Below, in pieces: positions 50,892 through 56,556 of a stretch of 56,556 bases of DNA. Where the stretch lies: NCBI RefSeq assembly GCF_006345805.1, contig NW_021833697.1, positions 1-56,556 on the forward strand, read 5' to 3'. The translations under genes were made by a program, and so were the position numbers. Position 1 is the first letter of the stretch, and every line of letters starts with the position of its first letter. The notes under the pieces are model-generated. The model was given only the letters and a program-made list of their open reading frames with translations, searched no databases and had not been told where the DNA came from. The stretch is from Octopus sinensis. Lineage: Eukaryota.

Positions 50892-51569
50892 AAATATCAA
50901 TATAAAAATTTATTACAACATATCAACAATTATGATTTTTTTGTCTTCTACCAGACAAGGTGTCTCCCTCTTCAAGCTTGATGTATTTAACTTCAATTTC
51001 ATTAATATCAACTTCAGTATCATGGATATATCTAAATATATCAACACAGTGAGAACTTTGATCTTTGAAGAGGATTGTGCTGGAGTTTTTGAGGAATTTG
51101 TTAGGAGAGAATAAAGGAATAAAAGTTTTAAGTGACATTGATTTGGTCTTTGTTGTGTTTTCATCATCATCTTCATCATCCTTTAACCTTCATGCTCCTA
51201 CCTCGTTTAAATAGTTAAACATCAATGTATAGTTGTGGATAGGTCACCAATTTACCCACAGTCTGCACTGACATATATGTACTTAATAAATTATATGCGG
51301 ATTTGTCCTTAATGTTTAATACACATAATGTAGTCTTAAACCATATCCAAAATAACTAATTATCAAAAATGTCGAAAATAACTTACTAAGTGGAAAATCC
51401 CGATGTTGTCCGTGTGTAGCAGACAAACACTCACAACAGAGATGAATTCAAATGAGAGGGAAGATTATACAAACAGCACTACTATGATGTCATTAAATTG
51501 TCCGAAAGTTGTTTCGCATATTCTCCAGAGAATATGTGTCAACTCGCCCCGGTCTCCACTATAGCTTAA

Positions 51570-51789
51570 CCCTTTAGTGTTTAAACCAGCTATATCCGGC
51601 TCAAATATTCTACTCATTTTATGCTCAAACTGGCCAGAACCAGTATCTCACACCTACCCTGCAATGTCATTCTAAAAATAAACAATTACATCTTTCAAAT
51701 CTTGAAGCTACAAGATAATACCAGATTAATTTTTTAAAATGTAAATGAATAAAGATTACTTTTGACATATTAATTCGAACGCTAAAGGG
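51570..51789. mobile_element. piggyBac-type MITE (second family)
   Basis: TTAA|CCCTTTAGTGTT...AACGCTAAAGGG|TTAA. Confidence 0.8.
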
Positions 51790-51798
51790 TTAAGGAAG

Positions 51799-52362
51799 GG
51801 ATCTTTTCCTTTTCAACAGCAGACAATTTCTAGTTAACTAAACACTTTTAAACTTCATATACTGGTAGAATGTGTCAAAATAAAACATTTTTTTCTCGGT
51901 TTTCTTGAGAAAATTGTAATTTGTTTAACGTAGTTTAATTTTTTCGAATTTTAACCAATCCTATGCCCTCTATTGAGATAAATCATTTGCTGCGTCTAAA
52001 ACTGAGACAACATCCTGTAACTAACCCTAAATTTTTTTTCTTAATTGTTAAGCGTGTAAAAAAAACTAAAGCAATGGAATTAAATTAATTTAACAATTAA
52101 GAAAAAAATTTAGGGTTACTTACAGGATGTTGTATCAGTTTTAGACGCAGCAAATGATTTTAGTTGAATGGAGGTAATCGATTGGTTAAAATTGCCGAAA
52201 TGCTCAATTTTAAAGTGGAAATATCTTACAAACTATAGAATTTTCTCAATAAAGCCAAGAGAAAAAGATGTTTTATAACACATTCTACCAGTATACGAAG
52301 TTTAAAAGTGTTTAGTTAACTAGAAATTGTGTTGACATCTGCCGTTCTAAAGGAAAAGATCC
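51799..52362. mobile_element. GGATC-TIR MITE variant
   Basis: TIRs at both ends; flanks TAAGGAAG and CAAAGAAG (6/8). Confidence 0.65.
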
Positions 52363-52419
52363 CAAAGAAGCTATACTCGGTTCATATCGCAGTAGGAAAT
52401 GGGAAGGGTGACCGCAATC

Positions 52420-52720
52420 AGTAGTCCGAATAATGCCACAGCATGTGTTGGATATTCGAAGGGTGATTAGCCCTAACAATGACGAAAGGGAAGGAGAAGC
52501 TAGCCCCATGTCTGTATGGAAATCTCTTACGAAAAGTAATAGAGGAGCAGTCATCGTTAGATCATTGGGTGCGCGTGCAAGAAAAATAATGAATGGATAG
52601 ATGTGATGTCTGGAAGGGACCGGAAGCTGGCTGACATGACATCAAGTAAGGAAGCAACAGGCTGAAGACAGCCTTGTCCTTACGGGGTCTGGGACTCGGT
52701 TAAGTTATGTGCTAGAAACA
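52420..52720 (+). promoter_or_regulatory. Candidate promoter/first exon of G9
   Basis: AATGAATGGATAG..TGATGTCTGGAAGGGACCGGAAG aligns with the minus strand of 46270-46320. ACGGGGTC is shared downstream. Confidence 0.45.
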
Positions 52721-52739
52721 GTTGCAGAGCAGAATATAT

Positions 52740-53150
52740 GGATCTTTTCAGTTTGACCGCCAGTTTTTAAAAATAATTTCCACGTAACTAAGCACTTTTA
52801 AACTTCGTATACTGGTAGAATGTGTTTATAAAACATCTTTTTCTCTTGGCTTTATTGAGAAAATTCTATGGTTTGTAAGATATTTGTTGGTTTTTTTCTT
52901 CAATCTCTGCGATTTCAACCAATCAATGACGTCTATTGAGGTGAAAACCTTCTGTGCCGTATGAATGTCCCTCGTTTAAGAAACAGATTGGGTTTATTTA
53001 CATTTATGAAGAAAAAAAAAGATACCCTTCCCCTCACACCTAACCCTAAAACAGATTGAAATGCAATAGATCGATACTAGGGTCATAATTATGGGTGACA
53101 ATTTCCTATGACACCGCTAGAAAAAACTGCCAATCAAACCGAAAAGATCC
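52740..53150. mobile_element. GGATC-TIR MITE with an 8-bp TSD
   Basis: GAATATAT at 52732-52739 and 53151-53158. Confidence 0.85.
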
Positions 53151-53329
53151 GAATATATGAGTACACTTTATTAAAGTAATCTGGTCAGATTTCGGAAAAA
53201 CACTTGAAGGGGAGGTTTTTGGCATAAGGGGACAAAGAAATCCACGGGAATGAATCCAGCCAATCAATAGAACCATCTTTTAGGGTATTGAATGACTACA
53301 ATCTTTTCAAGGGAAGTAACAACTGCAAC

Positions 53330-54900
53330 ACTTCCACATTTGCAATTAATTAAATAATTAAGCTGATTAGTTTATTGGTTACTGAGTCACTGTTTATTTC
53401 TGAATAGGGTAAGTTGGTTAAGCTGACAAAGATTCACTTTAAGGTTGTAATGGTGATACTACTACTACTAATAATAATGTAAATAATAGAATTATTTTTT
53501 GAAGCGGGAACCTGACAACAATTAGGAAAATAGATCTCTTCGACTTAATTAATAACTTTGAAGCTGAAATGTTGATTTGTTGTTTATAAAATACTATGAC
53601 CGACTGTTACATGTGATAGAACTGAAATTAATTGGTAAAGTGAGAATAAAACAGCGTAATTAATTAGTAGAATGTGAGGAGTCCGATTGAAGAATTCCAC
53701 ATTAATATATGTTATCTTGTTGTTTATGAGGCATTGATAAAACAGTAAGTTGATAAAGATTTACTCTAATGTTATATTAATAATAGTAATGATGATGATG
53801 ATTTGAAAACTGGCCCAGGGTCAGCAATGTTTAATACGAGCGATAAGTCGATTGCATGGGTTCCGGTTTTTTCCTGAAAGAGATGAAAGACGAAGTCGAT
53901 CTCATCCGTATTTGAACGGTAAGTTGACAAAGATTTACTTTAAGGCTCTAATAGTGATACTACTACTAATAATAATAATGTGAATAATAGAATTCTGTGA
54001 ACCTCTCGATGTTACAGTAATTATTTTTCGAAGCGGGAACCTGACAACATTAAGAAAATATATTTGCTCGTCTTAATTAATAACTTCCAAACTGAAATGT
54101 TGATCTGTTGTTTACGAAAACTTACGATCGACTTTTATATATGATATAAAGGAAATTAATTGGTAAAATGAGAGTAAAACGGCGTAATTAATTAGTAAAA
54201 TGAAACCGATTGACGAATACCACGTTAATTTCTTTTGTCATGTTGTTTACGAGGCATTGATGAAACGGTAAGTCGATACAGATTTACGGATGTTTTCGGT
54301 TTGAACGACAGTTTTAAAAATAATTTTACCCCTAATCCTAACCCTAAAGCAGATTGAAACGCAATAGATCAATACTAGGGTCATAATTATGGGTGACAAT
54401 TTCATATGACACTGCCGGTCAAACCGAAAAGATCCGATACTACTACTTCTAATGATAATGTAAGTAATAGAATTATGTGAACCTTTTAATGTTAAGTAAT
54501 TATTTTGAAGAGAATACATAACATTAGGAAAATATATTTGCTCGTCTTAAATAATAATTTCAAACTGAAATGTTGATCTGTTGTTTATGAAAACCTATTA
54601 TCAACTGTTACATGTGATATAAAGGAAATTAATTGGTAAAATGAGAGTAAAACGGCGTAATTAATTAGTAAAATGAAACCGATTGACGAATACCACGTTA
54701 ATTTCTTTTGTCCTCTTGTTAATGAGGCATTGATGAAACGGTAAGTCGATACAGATTTACTTAAAGGTTATACTAATAATTGTAATGATGATGATGGTTT
54801 CAAATTTTGACGGAGGACTAGTAATCTTTAATGCGAGCGGGAGGAGGATTATATGGAACCCAGAATTTTCTGGAAGTAATGAAAGGCGAAGTCGACGTCA
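53330..54900. repeat. Tandem family E copies with a deleted MITE at 54288-54435
   Basis: Three overlapping copies of the E-family blocks. Confidence 0.6.
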
Positions 54901-55110
54901 GCCGTATTTGAACTCAGGTATTTCGTCTGTCGTTACGTTCCGAGTTCAAATTCCTTCGAGGTCGACTTTGCCTTTCATCCTTTCGGGGTCGATAAATTAA
55001 GTACCAGTTACGCACTGGGGTCGATATAATCGACTTAATCCCTTTGTCTGCCCTTGTTTGTCCCTCCCCTCTGTGTTTAGCTCCTTGTGGGTAGTAAAGA
55101 AATACGTATT
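54900..55110 (+). mobile_element. SINE family A (5' truncated)
   Basis: Runs from GAGTTCAAATTCC to GGGTAGTAAAGAAATA. Confidence 0.75.
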
Positions 55111-55319
55111 TGAACTCAGAATTTTATGCTCAGGTCGACTTTAGCTTTAATTCCTTTCGGGATGAATAAAAAAAATGATATTGATTATAATAAGGCGATC
55201 CTTTGGTATAGGTACCGGAAGTGGCTTTGTTTACATTTCTGAAGATAACAGAAACCCTTTTCTCCCCCCCCTAACCCCCCCATATATGTAAAAAAAAAAA
55301 CGATTTTGACTGAGGGCTG

Positions 55320-55790
55320 GCGAGCCAGATGGCTGCACCAGGCTCCAATCTTGATCTGGCAGAGTTTCTACAACTGGATGCCCTTCCTAATGTCAACCAC
55401 TCCGAGAGTGTAGTGGGTGCTTTTTACGTGCCACTGGCACAGGAGCCAGTCAGGTGGTGCTGGCAGCGACCTCGCTCGAATCCTTTTACACATGTCACCA
55501 GCACAGGTACCAGTAAGGCGACGTTGGTAACGATCACGCTTGAATGGTGCCCTTTTATGTGCCACTGGCACGGAAGCCAGTTGGCTGCTCTTGCAACAAT
55601 CACACTCGGATGGTGCTCTTGGCATCCTACTATCTCGGGCACAAGTGCCAGTAAGGCGACGCTGGTAACGATCACGCTCGAATGGTGCCCTTTAAGTCCC
55701 ACTGGCACGGAAGCCGGTTAGCCGCTCTGTCAGTGATCACGCTCGTATGGTGCTCTTTGCACCCTGCTAGCCTGGACGCCAGTCATCGAA
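55320..55790 (-). mobile_element. Family C retroposon
   Basis: GATGCCCTTCCTAATGTCAACCACTCC plus GTGCCACTGGCAC repeats. Confidence 0.65.
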
Positions 55791-55818
55791 TTTGCTTTTG
55801 CTTTTGATTGATTTGATT

Positions 55819-56259
55819 TGTAACAGGATCTGGAATTGGTATTAGTGAAGGGGTGTCCGATCTGATCCTGTCACATACAATTTTGGTAGAATAACAGACA
55901 AGTCAGATGATCTACGAACACAGCAAAACGGTTGTTTATTTTTCGTCGCAATGTAGAACTGGTGTACGCGTTCTCTGGAGGGAAACCGACAGTCGAATCT
56001 GCAGTACTGAATACTCGCTTTCTTGTTTGTTAGTCGAACGATTCGTCGGGTTCGCTGGTTGGTTTGTATGAAGTCCTCAGAGAGTCTGCCAATACACGTC
56101 CGTTCACGGGTGTTGCCCGAGCCAGAAAGAAAGAGTGAGCGAACTGCGTTTTAGGGGTCAGTTTCCTGCACATGCGCATGAGGAAGACTTCCTGTGGCCA
56201 ACCGGAAGTAATCCAATGCTGCGTATGTGCGCTGAACCTTACACAGCAGCATCACTACA
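55819..56259 (-). mobile_element. Solo LTR (Gypsy-like)
   Basis: The minus strand runs TGTAGTG...TGTTACA, with a 4-bp TSD GATT (55815-55818 and 56260-56263) and AATAAA at 55940-55935. Confidence 0.7.
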
Positions 56260-56339
56260 GATTTGACTTGATTTTATAAATATGAATTAGTATACATATA
56301 TCAAACTTATAAAGTCAAATACAAAATATAAGATGTAAA

Positions 56340-56556
56340 ACTGTGCATCAAAATAAAAGTGTCTATGATCAAATGTGAAAACTATCCTCTTTATCTCACT
56401 GACTCTTTTTTTTCTATTTCAGAATATCACTTCATGTTGACATAAAACAAATTACTTCATTCAGGTGTGCCTTTGATGTTTTTATCAACATTTATTGACT
56501 AAAGGAAGACGATATATTTATAAGGAGCATTCATCAATACATCTACGTTTTTATAT
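56340..56556 (+). other. 5' cassette of a ninth ZNF paralog (CDS outside the window)
   Basis: TTTCAG|AATATCAC at 56421-56422; closely similar to 48540-48700. Confidence 0.75.

Noticed and set aside
56430-56445. 13-nt complementarity (TTCATGTTGACAT) between the 5' cassette and the ZNF 3' flank
   Set aside because: Too short in AT-rich DNA, and not perfectly conserved across paralogs.

Overview
AT-rich animal genomic DNA, most likely an octopus (coleoid cephalopod), judged from the SINE families and a dense cluster of C2H2 zinc-finger (ZNF) genes with no effector domain. The window holds eight ZNF paralogs (G1-G8, my labels) plus the 5' cassette of a ninth. G1-G8 alternate strictly in orientation (- + - + - + - +), forming head-to-head and tail-to-tail pairs. 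G3, G4 and G7 look intact, G1 is cut by the window edge, and G2, G5, G6 and G8 carry frameshifts or stops. All paralogs share a ~500-bp 5' cassette with a splice acceptor, and those visible share a homologous 3' flank. The spacers are filled with SINEs, CR1/RTE/Penelope fragments, mariner, piggyBac-type and Merlin-like MITEs, foldback elements, minisatellites and a solo LTR. The most interesting signals are: (1) G2 is a chimera with 5' and 3' flanks from different lineages, implying inversion or recombination inside inverted finger arrays, a shufflon-like route to new finger combinations; (2) both the start and stop codons were exapted from dead fingers; (3) a TIR element carries an ETS/NRF1 promoter and a splice donor aimed at G6; (4) an inverted pair of decayed hammerhead ribozymes; (5) orphan promoter paralogs and a seemingly constrained acidic antisense ORF at the ZNF 3' ends. 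All alignments were done by eye, and repeat boundaries are approximate unless a TSD is given.
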